DNA of 64,000 nucleotides from Flavobacteriales bacterium (GTDB taxonomy: Bacteria > Bacteroidota > Bacteroidia > Flavobacteriales_F > PHOS-HE28): the NCBI GenBank assembly GCA_046329105.1, contig JAXLVH010000001.1, positions 614,686 through 678,685 of the forward strand, written 5' to 3'. This document shows positions 27,663 to 37,600 of the stretch, piece by piece. The position numbers and the translations under genes were made by a program. The notes under the pieces were generated by a model, which saw only the letters and a list, made by a program, of their open reading frames with translations, did not search any database and had not been told where the DNA came from. The number at the start of each line of letters is the position of its first letter. The stretch's first letter is position 1.

Positions 27663-29657
27663 TCAGTGTTCCTGCTGATACGCCCGCTGGACCGCGTACA
27701 TCCCGGGTTTCCAATGGCCTTCGTAGTCGATGAGGCTCCAGCTCGGACCGGGCCAGCAATCGTTCAACTGCCAGAAGAGCGTACCCATGCAACGCGGTCG
27801 CGCACCCAGGTGCGCCTCAATGGCCATGCGGTACGCCCGGGCCTGCACTTCCTGGCTGGCCCGGATGAACGCACCCAGGGTCCTCGGCTCCACGCCCAAC
27901 TCCCGCTTGATCGCGTCAATGATCGGCTTGTCGGTCTTGTAACTGCGCTGCAGACGCTTCATCGTTGGCGATCCCAGGTATAATTCTGATGGGGGGTTGT
28001 ACCGGGCGAGCAAAGCGCTGTCCGGGTAGCTCTGGAATCCGTACTCACTCACGAAGCGCCCCACGTTGTTCGCGAACGAGGAGAAGGCACTGTCGCCGTG
28101 CCACACGCCCCAATAGTGCAGGTCGCCCCGGGTGAGGCCCTCGGCATTGCCCCAATTGCTCAGCGGTGAGGTGGGTGTGTACAAGGGGGATCGGAAGAAC
28201 GGCGACAGGTATCCGTTCCGGGCATTGAACAGTTCCGTGGATGCGTTCGCCACGCTGATCGAATCGGCCCCATGCAGATGGTAGCGCTCCTGCCACCCCC
28301 AGTTCTTCCACGCCACGTCGAGTTCGTTGTTGCCACACCAGATGGCGAGCGACGGGTGCCTCAGCAGGCGATGCTGCTGTTGGAACGCTTCCTGTTCAGC
28401 ATTCTCCATGAAGGACTTCGAACCTGGCGGAAGTTGGGCGTACATATGGTCCTGCCATACCAGGATCCCCGCCGTGTCGCACGCATCGAAGAACGCATCC
28501 GGTGGATAGATGCCACCGGCCCATACGCGCACCATGTTCATCCCGGCCTCACACATGTGCTTGACCAGTTCCACCCACTTCCTGTCCGCGTCCAGCGAAG
28601 GCACCATGTGCGGTGGAACGATGTTGCAACCCTTCATGAACACGTTCTTGCCATTCACCTTGAACGCGAAAGCCTGACCATCGGCGTCCCGCGTGGTGTC
28701 GAACTCCACGGTACGGATACCGATGCGCATTTCATGTACGCTGCGGACCGTATCGTCGCACGTCAAACGGGTGCGCACCCGGTACAGGGGTTGTTCGCCA
28801 GAACCACGCGGATCCCATCGCTTGGGCCGCTTGATCCTGAAGGTGACCCCATCCAGGTGGCCGGAACAATTGAGCACCGCAGGCCGCTCGCTGTCCGGTT
28901 CCCACAGTTGCACCGTGGTTCCGCACTTGGAGTCCAACTCACCGACCGCTCCATCGCTATCAACCACCACCTTCAGGTGTACCGTATTCCCATGATCGAA
29001 CTGGGTGGGAACCACCTGCCTGATCCTCCCGACACTCCACCCCCGCAACTCCACCCCCTGCCAGATCCCGCTCGTGACCAGCCTCGGGCAGAAATCCCAG
29101 CCGAATTGATACGCCGCCTTCCGGATGTACGGGCTCACCCCGCTGGGATCGTTGTCGTGGGGCAACTGGATCCCGTACGCATCGCGCAGCTTCGCTCCTT
29201 CTCTGATCGGGCTGCGGAAGATCACCCTCAACTCGTTGGGGCCCTCACGCAGCAGATCCTTCACCTCCCATTCCCACGTACGGAACATGTTGTTCGCCCG
29301 GCCCACCAGGGAGTCGTTCAGGTAGACCTCGGCGAAGGTGTCGAGCCCTTTGAACACCAGATCGAGGTGCCCGTGACGCAGCAGGGTGTCCGCAACGAGG
29401 ATCGTCCGCCGATACTCCCAATCCTCGTTCTCGATCCACTGCACACTGTCGATGTTGCTCCCCCGGTAGAAGTCGGGGATCAGTCCATGGCGCAGCAGGT
29501 CGGTCTGCACCACACCGGGCACCTCCGCATCATACCACCGGTCCTTCCCCACCTGCTGGAATCTCCACCCGTTGTTCAACGGGACCAGGACCTCCTGGGC
29601 GTGGAGGACGCAGGCCATGCAACATACGACCGTGATCAGCAGGATCGCTCGTTGCAT
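27663..29657 (-). CDS. GH2 beta-mannosidase-like glycoside hydrolase, ending just after the catalytic domain
   Basis: Signal ..CVLHA/Q; VPG.V.TDL, FKGLDT, RKAAYQFGWD..PRL..SGIW, NMVRVWAGGIY, WCGNNE, FVSEYGFQSYP, WQLNDCWP. Confidence 0.92.
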   Translation of the reverse strand: MQRAILLITVVCCMACVLHAQEVLVPLNNGWRFQQVGKDRWYDAEVPGVVQTDLLRHGLIPDFYRGSNIDSVQWIENEDWEYRRTILVADTLLRHGHLDLVFKGLDTFAEVYLNDSLVGRANNMFRTWEWEVKDLLREGPNELRVIFRSPIREGAKLRDAYGIQLPHDNDPSGVSPYIRKAAYQFGWDFCPRLVTSGIWQGVELRGWSVGRIRQVVPTQFDHGNTVHLKVVVDSDGAVGELDSKCGTTVQLWEPDSERPAVLNCSGHLDGVTFRIKRPKRWDPRGSGEQPLYRVRTRLTCDDTVRSVHEMRIGIRTVEFDTTRDADGQAFAFKVNGKNVFMKGCNIVPPHMVPSLDADRKWVELVKHMCEAGMNMVRVWAGGIYPPDAFFDACDTAGILVWQDHMYAQLPPGSKSFMENAEQEAFQQQHRLLRHPSLAIWCGNNELDVAWKNWGWQERYHLHGADSISVANASTELFNARNGYLSPFFRSPLYTPTSPLSNWGNAEGLTRGDLHYWGVWHGDSAFSSFANNVGRFVSEYGFQSYPDSALLARYNPPSELYLGSPTMKRLQRSYKTDKPIIDAIKRELGVEPRTLGAFIRASQEVQARAYRMAIEAHLGARPRCMGTLFWQLNDCWPGPSWSLIDYEGHWKPGMYAVQRAYQQEH

Positions 29658-29728
29658 GCGTGCCGAAAGGGGCCAGGATGCACGGTGCCCGCGCACCGGC
29701 TGATCCGTACACCGGAGCCTCGTGGTAC

Positions 29729-30481
29729 TCATCGCAGACCCGCTTTCACCAACGCATTCATCACCCCTTCGATCTTCGCCGTATCGGGCTCCACCGCGAA
29801 GTTCACACCGGCATGTTCGGCACTCATGGCCACACCGGCATGCTCCAGCAGTGCAGGCCGTTGGGCGGAAAAATGTACCTCCCGCACACCGGTGCGTTCC
29901 ACCAGTTCCACCACGTTGCCCGGGTTGATGCCCGCGCCCGCGGCAATGGTGATCCGCTCCCCCGCCCCTTCCACCAGGCGCTTCAGCATCGCCGCTCCGT
30001 CCAGCGCACGCGTTGCGCCACCCGAGGTGAGCACACGTGCCGCACCGAAGCCGATGCATTGCTCCAAGGCGGCGGGCATGTCCGCGGCATGATCGATCGC
30101 GCGGTGAAAGGTGAGTTCGCGTCCGTTGAGCGTAGCGCGTACGAGGTCCATCAATTCCGCATCGGCCTGGCCATCGGCACGCAAGGCCCCTGCAACAATG
30201 CCCGCGGTATCGTCGGCTACCGCGAGCAGCAAGGCATCCCGAAGGATGATCTGCCGCTCGTCGGTGGTATACCGGAAGCCGCCGGGGGAAGGCCGCACCA
30301 GCACTCGGCTCCACGTACCGGTACCCTTCGATCGCTCACGGACCAAACTCACGAGTCCGGGTCCGGGCGTGAGCCCGCCAGCAGCCAGCCAGGTGCAGAC
30401 CTCAACACTATCGGCACCGGCGTTCATGGCCGCCATTGCTTCATCCACCGAGGTGATACAAACCTCCACCCGTACGCGCAT
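29729..30481 (-). CDS. cutC: CutC family protein (copper homeostasis annotation)
   Basis: VEVC, GA..VE.C, GGLTP, LVRPSPGGF.Y, LTFHRAID, RVLTSGG, EVHFSA. Confidence 0.93.
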   Translation of the reverse strand: MRVRVEVCITSVDEAMAAMNAGADSVEVCTWLAAGGLTPGPGLVSLVRERSKGTGTWSRVLVRPSPGGFRYTTDERQIILRDALLLAVADDTAGIVAGALRADGQADAELMDLVRATLNGRELTFHRAIDHAADMPAALEQCIGFGAARVLTSGGATRALDGAAMLKRLVEGAGERITIAAGAGINPGNVVELVERTGVREVHFSAQRPALLEHAGVAMSAEHAGVNFAVEPDTAKIEGVMNALVKAGLR

Positions 30482-30649
30482 GGGGGCAAGGTAGCTGTCG
30501 CGATCGCGAACCCCTCGGACAGGGTATGGCTATCCGTTCTTGAAGCCGGGGCTCCGGAACCGGCCGATCGCCCTTACCAAAAAGGTCCGTCCAACGGTTC
30601 GGCCGCGTGCGCCATATTTGCACCCCGTTCGCGGGCATGTTGACATCCT

Positions 30650-30723
30650 GGGGCGATAGCTCAGCTGGCCAGAGCGCCGCGTTCGCAATGCGGAGGTCGA
30701 GGGTTCGACTCCCTTTCGCTCCA
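30650..30723 (+). tRNA. tRNA-Ala(CGC)
   Basis: Acceptor GGGGCGA/TCGCTCC with G3:U70, D-arm AGCTCAGCTGGCCAGAGC, anticodon stem CCGCG-TT CGC AA-TGCGG, T-loop GGTTCGACTCC; ends A then CCC, so CCA not encoded. Confidence 0.96.
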
Positions 30724-30728
30724 CCCCG

Positions 30729-30761
30729 AAGAAGCCCCGGCGAACCGGGGCTTTCTTTCTT
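30729..30761 (+). terminator. Terminator after tRNA-Ala
   Basis: GAAGCCCCGG-CGAA-CCGGGGCTTT followed by CTTTCTT. Confidence 0.8.
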
Positions 30762-30793
30762 CAGTCCCTGATCAGCGCACCGATCCCTTCGCC

Positions 30794-33712
30794 ATGACCG
30801 TCCTCCTCCTCTGCGCCGCCCTCGGGTGCGATCAAACGCCGCCCATCGCCGTGGATACGACCTCTCCGGCGGTCGAGCTCGTCAACCCGTTCATCGGCAC
30901 CGGCGGACATGGCCACACGTTTCCGGGAGCTTGCGTGCCGAACGGCCTGGTGCAGCTGAGCCCGGACACCCGGCCCGAAGGATACCTCGACTGGGACGGC
31001 TGCAGTGGATACCACAATAGTGATAGCCTTATTTACGGGTTCAGCCATACGCACCTGAGCGGCACCGGTGTGGCCGACCTGTGCGACGTGCTGCTGATGC
31101 CCATGGTGGACAAGCTCGACCTCGACCCCGCCAAGTACCGATCCCCGTTCCGGAAGAGCACCGAACACGCCCATGCCGGGTACTACACCGTGCAACTGGA
31201 CGGACCCGAGGTACGCGCCGAACTGACCGCGACCCAACGCACCGGCGTACACCGCTACACCTTCCCGCCCGAGGTTTCCGCACGCCTGGTGCTGGACCTC
31301 GTGCATCGCGACAAGCTCATCGCGGGCTACGCCGAACCGATCAACGCCCGGGAGATCGTGGGCGAGCGCCGAAGTTCCTCGTGGGCACGCGACCAACACC
31401 TGTTCTTCTGCATCCGCTTCAGTCACCCCATGCGCAGCGGTGAGCACGGCTTCTTCTGGAACAGCCTCTCCAACGACACCGTGGCCCCGTTGCGCCGTGC
31501 GCAGAAAGCCGTGGTGAACTTCGGGAAGCTGGACGCACCGCTCGTGGTGACGGTGGGTATCAGCGCCGTGAGCATCGAAGGGGCCAGGAAGAACCTGGAG
31601 GCCGAAGTCCCCGACCAGGATTTTGATGCGGTACGCAAGCGGGCCGAAGCAGCCTGGAACACGAAACTGAACAAGATCCAGGTATCCGGTGGCACGGCAG
31701 CTCAGCGGCGTACTTTTTACTCCGCACTGTACCACAGCTACGTGGCACCGTACATCTTCAACGATGTGGACGGGCAATACCGGGGCATGGACGGCCAGGT
31801 ACACCATGCGGACCACAACGTGTACACCGTGTTCAGCCTGTGGGACACCTTCCGCGCGCTGCATCCGCTGATGGCCGTGCTCGAACCGGACATGACGCGG
31901 GACATGGTCAGGACCTTTCTCCTGCACTACCAACAAGGAGGGAGACTTCCGGTGTGGGAACTGTGGGGTAACGAGACCGACTGCATGATCGGCTACCACA
32001 GCGTGAGCGTGATCGCCGATGCCTATTTGAAGGGCATCCGTGGCTTCGACGAGAAGCTGGCGTTGGAGGCCATGCTGGCCAGTGCCGACGCGGATCATTT
32101 CGGTCTGGACGCCTACCGGAAGCGAGGCTACATCAGCAGCGAGGACGCGCCGGAGAGCGTGAGCCGCACGCTGGAATACGCCTACGACGACTGGTGCATC
32201 GCCCGTTTCGCCGAGGCCACGGGGCATGCTGACGTGGCCGAGCGGTTCCTGGTGCGCAGCCGCAACTGGCAGAACCTCCTCGACCCGGACACGAAGTTCT
32301 TCCGCGCGCGGCGCAACGGCGGCTTGGTGGAGCCCTTCGACCCCTACGAGGTGAACTTCCACTACACCGAGGCCAATGCCTGGCAATACAGCCTGTTCGT
32401 ACCGCACGACATGGATCGTTTCATCCAGCTACTGGGCGGCACCACCGGGTTCACGCGCCGACTCGATGCCTTGTTCGAGGCCAGGACCACCACCACGGGA
32501 CGCGACCAGGTGGACATCGCCGGGCTGATCGGGCAGTACGCTCATGGCAACGAGCCCAGCCATTCGTTCGCCTACCTGTACACCCGGTCGAGCACACCCG
32601 ACCTCACCGCACCCTACGTATCGCGCATCATGAACGACCTCTACCACGATGCGCCCGATGGCCTCAGCGGCAACGAGGACTGCGGACAGATGAGCGCATG
32701 GTACGTCTGGAGCGCGCTGGGCCTCTACCCCGCCCTGCCCGGCTCCCCCGAGCTGGTCTTCGGCATCCCCCTCTTCGACTCGGTCGCTGTGGCGCTGCCC
32801 AACGGCAAGTCCTTGCGCATAAACTCCTTTGCCTCCGGTAACAGCCGTACGCACGTGGAACGCCTCACCTGGAACGGGCGGGAGCGCCCGATCACGGCCA
32901 CTTTGGGCCATGCCGAATTGAGCAACGGCGGCACCCTGCGCTTTGAACTGGGCCCACGCGCCGTGGACCAGCCCATAGCTGTTCCGAGCGACGAGGTGCG
33001 TATGCTGCCGCCACCGGTGCCCATCATACAGGCTCCGCGTGCGGCGTTCACGGACAGCATGACCGTTGCCATCTCAGCGATACCGGGGCCATGGGAGGTG
33101 CATTGCGCCGCGGGTGACGCCCTCTTGGGACCTTGTCCGCCACGGATGACGCTGCATGAGGCTGGCCGCATCACCGCAGTGGCGAAGGCCTTGGCGGGCG
33201 GTACCGGCCCGGACGTGACCGCCACCTTCACCCGTGTGGAGAGCGGGCGTACGATCGCGCTGGAGAGCGCCTACGCCCCGCAATACGCCGCCGGTGGCCA
33301 AGGCGCACTGGTGGACGGCCTGCGCGGTGGCAACGACTACCGCACCGGCGAATGGCAGGGCTACCACGGTGTTGACCTGCTGGCCACCGTGGACCTCGGC
33401 ACCGTGAAGCGCCTGAAGCGTGCCGGCCTGTCCGTGCTACAGGATCAACGCTCCTGGATCTGGTACCCGAAGGAAGTGACCTTCGCGTGGAGCACCAACG
33501 GCCGCACCTGGAGCAGCACCACCGTACTGAATGCCGTTGATCCCCGGACCGAAGGTGTGCTGACCACCGAGATGTGGTCGGAGGCCATCGGCAAGAAAGC
33601 GCGTTATGTGAAGGTGATCGCCAAGAGCGTCGGCCCCTGCCCGGACTGGCATCAGGGCAAGGGTGGCGAAACGTGGATCTTCGCCGACGAAGTGCTGCTG
33701 GAAACGGAGTAG
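30794..33712 (+). CDS. GH92 alpha-mannosidase, probable lipoprotein, with C-terminal accessory domains
   Basis: Lipobox LCAALGC; VNPFIGTGGHGHTFPGA..P.GLVQLSPDT, GFSHTHLSGTG, SLWDTFR, MIGYHS, YTEANAWQY, QYAHGNEPSH, GNEDCGQMSAW. Confidence 0.96.
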   Translation: MTVLLLCAALGCDQTPPIAVDTTSPAVELVNPFIGTGGHGHTFPGACVPNGLVQLSPDTRPEGYLDWDGCSGYHNSDSLIYGFSHTHLSGTGVADLCDVLLMPMVDKLDLDPAKYRSPFRKSTEHAHAGYYTVQLDGPEVRAELTATQRTGVHRYTFPPEVSARLVLDLVHRDKLIAGYAEPINAREIVGERRSSSWARDQHLFFCIRFSHPMRSGEHGFFWNSLSNDTVAPLRRAQKAVVNFGKLDAPLVVTVGISAVSIEGARKNLEAEVPDQDFDAVRKRAEAAWNTKLNKIQVSGGTAAQRRTFYSALYHSYVAPYIFNDVDGQYRGMDGQVHHADHNVYTVFSLWDTFRALHPLMAVLEPDMTRDMVRTFLLHYQQGGRLPVWELWGNETDCMIGYHSVSVIADAYLKGIRGFDEKLALEAMLASADADHFGLDAYRKRGYISSEDAPESVSRTLEYAYDDWCIARFAEATGHADVAERFLVRSRNWQNLLDPDTKFFRARRNGGLVEPFDPYEVNFHYTEANAWQYSLFVPHDMDRFIQLLGGTTGFTRRLDALFEARTTTTGRDQVDIAGLIGQYAHGNEPSHSFAYLYTRSSTPDLTAPYVSRIMNDLYHDAPDGLSGNEDCGQMSAWYVWSALGLYPALPGSPELVFGIPLFDSVAVALPNGKSLRINSFASGNSRTHVERLTWNGRERPITATLGHAELSNGGTLRFELGPRAVDQPIAVPSDEVRMLPPPVPIIQAPRAAFTDSMTVAISAIPGPWEVHCAAGDALLGPCPPRMTLHEAGRITAVAKALAGGTGPDVTATFTRVESGRTIALESAYAPQYAAGGQGALVDGLRGGNDYRTGEWQGYHGVDLLATVDLGTVKRLKRAGLSVLQDQRSWIWYPKEVTFAWSTNGRTWSSTTVLNAVDPRTEGVLTTEMWSEAIGKKARYVKVIAKSVGPCPDWHQGKGGETWIFADEVLLETE

Positions 33713-33717
33713 TGCGG

Positions 33718-34791
33718 CTACGCGAACAGGTCCAGCTGCCCTTCCGCTGGTCGCCGGAACAGATCGGTGCGCAACGGAGGAATGCTCCTTTCGGCGAAGG
33801 ATCGCTTATGGGACAGGCGGAACAATTGCCGCACCGTGTTGGCGAATTCCCCTTCGCCCCGCATCCGCCTACCGAACACGCTATCGCTCATGGATCCTCC
33901 ATGCATGGCGCTCACCTGCGCGATCACCTTGGCGGCCCGATCGGGGAAGTGCTCGTACACCCAGTTGTCGAAGATCGGCTTTACCGCGCCGTTCATGCGC
34001 ACAACCGTGTAGTTGGCCCCCAGCGCACCGGCTTCGGCCGCCGCTTGTAGCAGGGCGGGTACCTCGTGCTCGTTCAATGCCGGAATGATCGGTGCCACCA
34101 TCACTTCCGTGGGAACACCTGCCTTCGTCAATTCTCCGATCACACGCACACGGTTCGCTCCGGTGCTGGTACGCGGCTCCAATACCCTCCGCAGCTCCTC
34201 GTTCAGCGTGGTTAGGCTGATGGCCACGGTGACCAGTCCCAGGCCCGCCATTTCCTTCAAAATATCCAGATCACGCAGGATCAATGCATTCTTGGTGATC
34301 ATGCCCACGGGCTGGCGGAACTCCAGGCATACGGCGAGCATGGCCCGCGTGATGCCCTCCTTGCGCTCCACGGGCTGGTAGCAATCGGTGTTGCCGCTGA
34401 ACATGATGGGTGCAGGGGTCCACTTGCGGTCCTGAAGGGTGCGCCGCAACACCTCGGGCGCGCTGCGCTTGACGATGATCACCCGTTCGAAATCGAGGCC
34501 CGCACCGTAGCCCCAGTACTCGTGCGTGGGCCGGGCGTAACAGTAGGCACAGCCATGCTCACATCCTTGGTATGGATTCATACTCAAGGTGAATGGCAGA
34601 TCCGGGGAGTCCACCTTGTTGACGATCGTCCTCGGATGCTCAACCACGTACCGCGTGCGCCGATCCTCCTCCTCCACTTCGTCGATCCCTTCCCAATGAA
34701 CCACGCCGTAGCTGTGCTTCAGGAAGCGGTTGGCCACCTGCACGGCCGCACCACGCCCCTTGATGGGTTTCCCGTCGATCGGCATGCGCAT
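33718..34791 (-). CDS. PA0069/Rv2578c-type radical SAM protein (SplB-like)
   Basis: MNPYQGCEHGCAYCYARPTHEY CxxxCxxC; TDCYQP.E, LEPRTS, GRRMRG.G, QLDLF. Confidence 0.9.
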   Translation of the reverse strand: MRMPIDGKPIKGRGAAVQVANRFLKHSYGVVHWEGIDEVEEEDRRTRYVVEHPRTIVNKVDSPDLPFTLSMNPYQGCEHGCAYCYARPTHEYWGYGAGLDFERVIIVKRSAPEVLRRTLQDRKWTPAPIMFSGNTDCYQPVERKEGITRAMLAVCLEFRQPVGMITKNALILRDLDILKEMAGLGLVTVAISLTTLNEELRRVLEPRTSTGANRVRVIGELTKAGVPTEVMVAPIIPALNEHEVPALLQAAAEAGALGANYTVVRMNGAVKPIFDNWVYEHFPDRAAKVIAQVSAMHGGSMSDSVFGRRMRGEGEFANTVRQLFRLSHKRSFAERSIPPLRTDLFRRPAEGQLDLFA

Positions 34792-34830
34792 AATGTAGCG
34801 CAGGACAGTGGAATGCCGAGCTTGGCGGCT

Positions 34831-35781
34831 TCAGCGCGACGCCATGCTCGGCTTCAGGCGCGCGAGGGCGTGCGCGGTGAACAGCCTTGCTCCAGGACCG
34901 TTCAAATGGCTGCTGTCCGCGTACAGGTCATCCGGCCAGGAACGGTCGTACCCGTCGCAATAGTACTGGCCACGTGCGGTGATCAGTCCACGCACTTTGG
35001 CGATGTGCCGATTGATCGCGTCAATGGCCTCGGGCGTGCGGATGCCATCGCGGTAAGGCGGTGTCACATAGATCAGGTCGATCCCCATGGCGCGCAGCCC
35101 GGAGGCCAGGCGGTCGAGCGCGTCGTAGTGTTTCTGTGCAAGGTCGTCGGTCGCCGGAACAGGCCGCACCCAACGCTCCGCAAGGATCCGCTCCTTGGGC
35201 ACATCAAGAGCGACACCTCCGTGCGCATCCATGAGCAAGCACTCGTAGTTGGCACGGTCGGTGAACCGCAAGCGGTTGCTCTCCATCTGCCGCAGGTAGT
35301 ACACGAACTCCGGATGTGTCAGGTACGAGACCAGCCCGGGTCCCTTCTCAACCAGTTCCAGCACGGGGCCAAGGCGCATTTTCGAACGCTCCAGCGAGAG
35401 GGAGAAATCGCGCAGGTTGCCCGCGATCACGATGGTGCGGGGATGGTACCGTTCGGCGAAGGCGTGCGCCAACGTGCAGGTCTGGGACATATCAAGCCCC
35501 CAGGCGCCGAGGTTGAAATACCGCTTTGCGCCCAGCCGTGCGACCACCTCGTCGGAAGACAGGTTGTTCAAGGCCATCGAGGAGCCGAAAGCCAGCACGT
35601 CGGGATGGTTCGTGGCCGACCAGTCCTGGCGAGCGAACGCGGCGAACTTCTCATTCACGGCAACGTTGTTCGTTACGCGTGGTGCCGGGAAATACCGCGC
35701 ATAGAAGCCGCAATACACCGCAAGCATCACCACCACGGGCAGGCTGTATTTCAAGCATCGAAGGGCGAAACGGAAGGGCAT
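34831..35781 (-). CDS. SGNH-like extracytoplasmic partner of the MBOAT (AlgJ/DltD-like role inferred)
   Basis: N-terminal TM anchor; FGSS block I; DSSHLNGPGA (DxxH); directly downstream of MBOAT. Confidence 0.65.
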   Translation of the reverse strand: MPFRFALRCLKYSLPVVVMLAVYCGFYARYFPAPRVTNNVAVNEKFAAFARQDWSATNHPDVLAFGSSMALNNLSSDEVVARLGAKRYFNLGAWGLDMSQTCTLAHAFAERYHPRTIVIAGNLRDFSLSLERSKMRLGPVLELVEKGPGLVSYLTHPEFVYYLRQMESNRLRFTDRANYECLLMDAHGGVALDVPKERILAERWVRPVPATDDLAQKHYDALDRLASGLRAMGIDLIYVTPPYRDGIRTPEAIDAINRHIAKVRGLITARGQYYCDGYDRSWPDDLYADSSHLNGPGARLFTAHALARLKPSMASR

Positions 35782-35787
35782 CACGGG

Positions 35788-37236
35788 TCAGAACTGGAAA
35801 TATATGAACTCACCTCCCCCCAGCGGGGCCATCAGGATCATCAATGCGATCAGGCCGTAGTACAGCGTGTACCGCACCGGGCGTGTGGCCCGCCCGTCCA
35901 ACTGCAGACCGTGCTGGCGATCCCGGTTGATCCATTCGATGACGAGCATGATCAGGATACCCGACACGCTGAATACCAGATCGCGAACATGGGTAAATTG
36001 GGGCGGGGAGAACAACGAGGCGGAGAAGACCTTTTTGAAGACCTCCATGGCATCGGTCATGTTCTCGGCACGGAAGAACACCCGGGTGAAGGTGGCCAGT
36101 GCGAAGGTGACGAGCATACGGAGCAGTTCATCGCGGGTGGGCAGGATTCGGCCCTCGGCGATCGGCCCGGTGAACCGCCGGTTGGCCCCTGTGAGGATGA
36201 GCGGGATGAAGAACGCCGCGTTGATGGCGCCCCACGCGATGAAGGTCCAGTTGGCACCATGCCAGAATCCGCTCACCAGGAAGATGATGATCGTATTGCG
36301 CAACACCATCCACTTGCCGCCGCGGCTGCCGCCCAACGGGATGTAGAGGTAATCCCTGAACCAGGTGTTGAGGCTCATGTGCCAGCGCCGCCAGTACTCG
36401 CCCATGTCGCGGCTGAAATACGGATAGGCGAAGTTGCGCATGAGGGTGAATCCGAAGAGCCGGGCGCAGCCGAGGGCCATGTCCGAATACCCCGAGAAGT
36501 CGCAGTAGATCTGGAAGGAGAAGAAAATGGTGGCCAGCACCAGTGTGGCGCCGTTGTGGCCCGTGGGGTCATCGTACGCGGGATCCACCAGGAAACCACA
36601 GTTGTCGGCCACGACCACCTTTTTGAACAGGCCCCAAAGGATCTGCCGCAGGCCATCCTGCGCATGGGCCAGGTCGAAGGTCCTCGGGTTCTCGAACTGC
36701 TTGACCATGTTGCGGGCCCGTTCGATCGGCCCGGCGAGCAACTGGGGGAAAAAGCTGACGAACGCGAAAAATACCAGCGGATCGCGCGTGGCCGGAAGCT
36801 GCCTGCGGTACACATCGATGGTGTAACTCAAGCTTTGAAAGGTATAAAAACTGATGCCCACCGGGAGGATGATGCCCAGGGTACGCAGACCAAGCGGCCT
36901 CCCCAGCAAGGTGAATCCATCGTTGAACGCGGTGATGAAGAAGTCGCAGTACTTGAAGAAGCCGAGCAACCCGAGGTTGGCCGCCAGGCTGATGCCGAGC
37001 AGCAGCTTGCGCCGTGCCGTGGCCTGCTCGCGCTGCAGTCCCAATGCGACCAGGAAATCCACCCCTGATGTGAAGAGCAGCAGACCGAGGTAACGCCAGT
37101 CCCACCAACCATAGAACACACAGCCTGCCAGGATCAGGAAGGCGTTCTGACCCCGGATACGACCCGGCCCGATCAGCCAGTACCCGAGAAAGACCAGCGG
37201 CAGGAAGACCGCGAAATCGATCGAATTGAACAGCAT
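35788..37236 (-). CDS. MBOAT family O-acyltransferase (AlgI/DltB-like)
   Basis: MLFNS..F, LGFFKY, LPVGISFYTFQ.LSY.IDVYR, FFPQL.AGPI, QIYCDFSGYSDMA, WRRWHMSL..WFRDYLYIPLGG, SGFWHGA.W.F. Confidence 0.95.
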   Translation of the reverse strand: MLFNSIDFAVFLPLVFLGYWLIGPGRIRGQNAFLILAGCVFYGWWDWRYLGLLLFTSGVDFLVALGLQREQATARRKLLLGISLAANLGLLGFFKYCDFFITAFNDGFTLLGRPLGLRTLGIILPVGISFYTFQSLSYTIDVYRRQLPATRDPLVFFAFVSFFPQLLAGPIERARNMVKQFENPRTFDLAHAQDGLRQILWGLFKKVVVADNCGFLVDPAYDDPTGHNGATLVLATIFFSFQIYCDFSGYSDMALGCARLFGFTLMRNFAYPYFSRDMGEYWRRWHMSLNTWFRDYLYIPLGGSRGGKWMVLRNTIIIFLVSGFWHGANWTFIAWGAINAAFFIPLILTGANRRFTGPIAEGRILPTRDELLRMLVTFALATFTRVFFRAENMTDAMEVFKKVFSASLFSPPQFTHVRDLVFSVSGILIMLVIEWINRDRQHGLQLDGRATRPVRYTLYYGLIALMILMAPLGGGEFIYFQF

Positions 37237-37600
37237 GCGGAACTACAAGGATCCGGCGCTACGGAATGGGCCGTTGATACCGTGGAAGCGGAATATCCAC
37301 GCTCCGGTGTTCACTCGACCGTGCGGGCCGTGGCCTGTGCACCAGCGGGTATGGTCCTGCATTCGCGTACATCATAGGTGCTGTTCAGGGCAAAACGGGC
37401 CTTGCCCACCCCATTCTTCGGGGAGGTGGCCCACTCCAACGGTCCTGGACGCTCCGTTGTTACTCCACGGATCCGTGCATGAACCACTGTGGAGGTCGTC
37501 ATCCGGGATCATCGATCCATGCGCACCTTTGTGTCGGCCCAGTGTATCGTCCTGACCCGTTCCGCGTACAAGCGTCCTCTTCTCACCACACACCATCTGC

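Noticed and set aside
30613-30620. -7 promoter box for the tRNA (CATATTTG)
   Set aside because: The first base mismatches TAnnTTTG; plausible, but not listed as a supported feature.
30530-30724. 64-aa ORF MERKGVEPSTSALRTRR on the - strand
   Set aside because: It is the antisense reading of tRNA-Ala.
30650-30761. Genomic island integrated at tRNA-Ala
   Set aside because: No second copy of the tRNA 3' end and no integrase seen; the terminator and GH92 follow directly.
37237-37600. Small gene or RNA in the MBOAT/ppsA divergent gap
   Set aside because: The short ORFs lack motifs and no structure was recognised; treated as promoter space.
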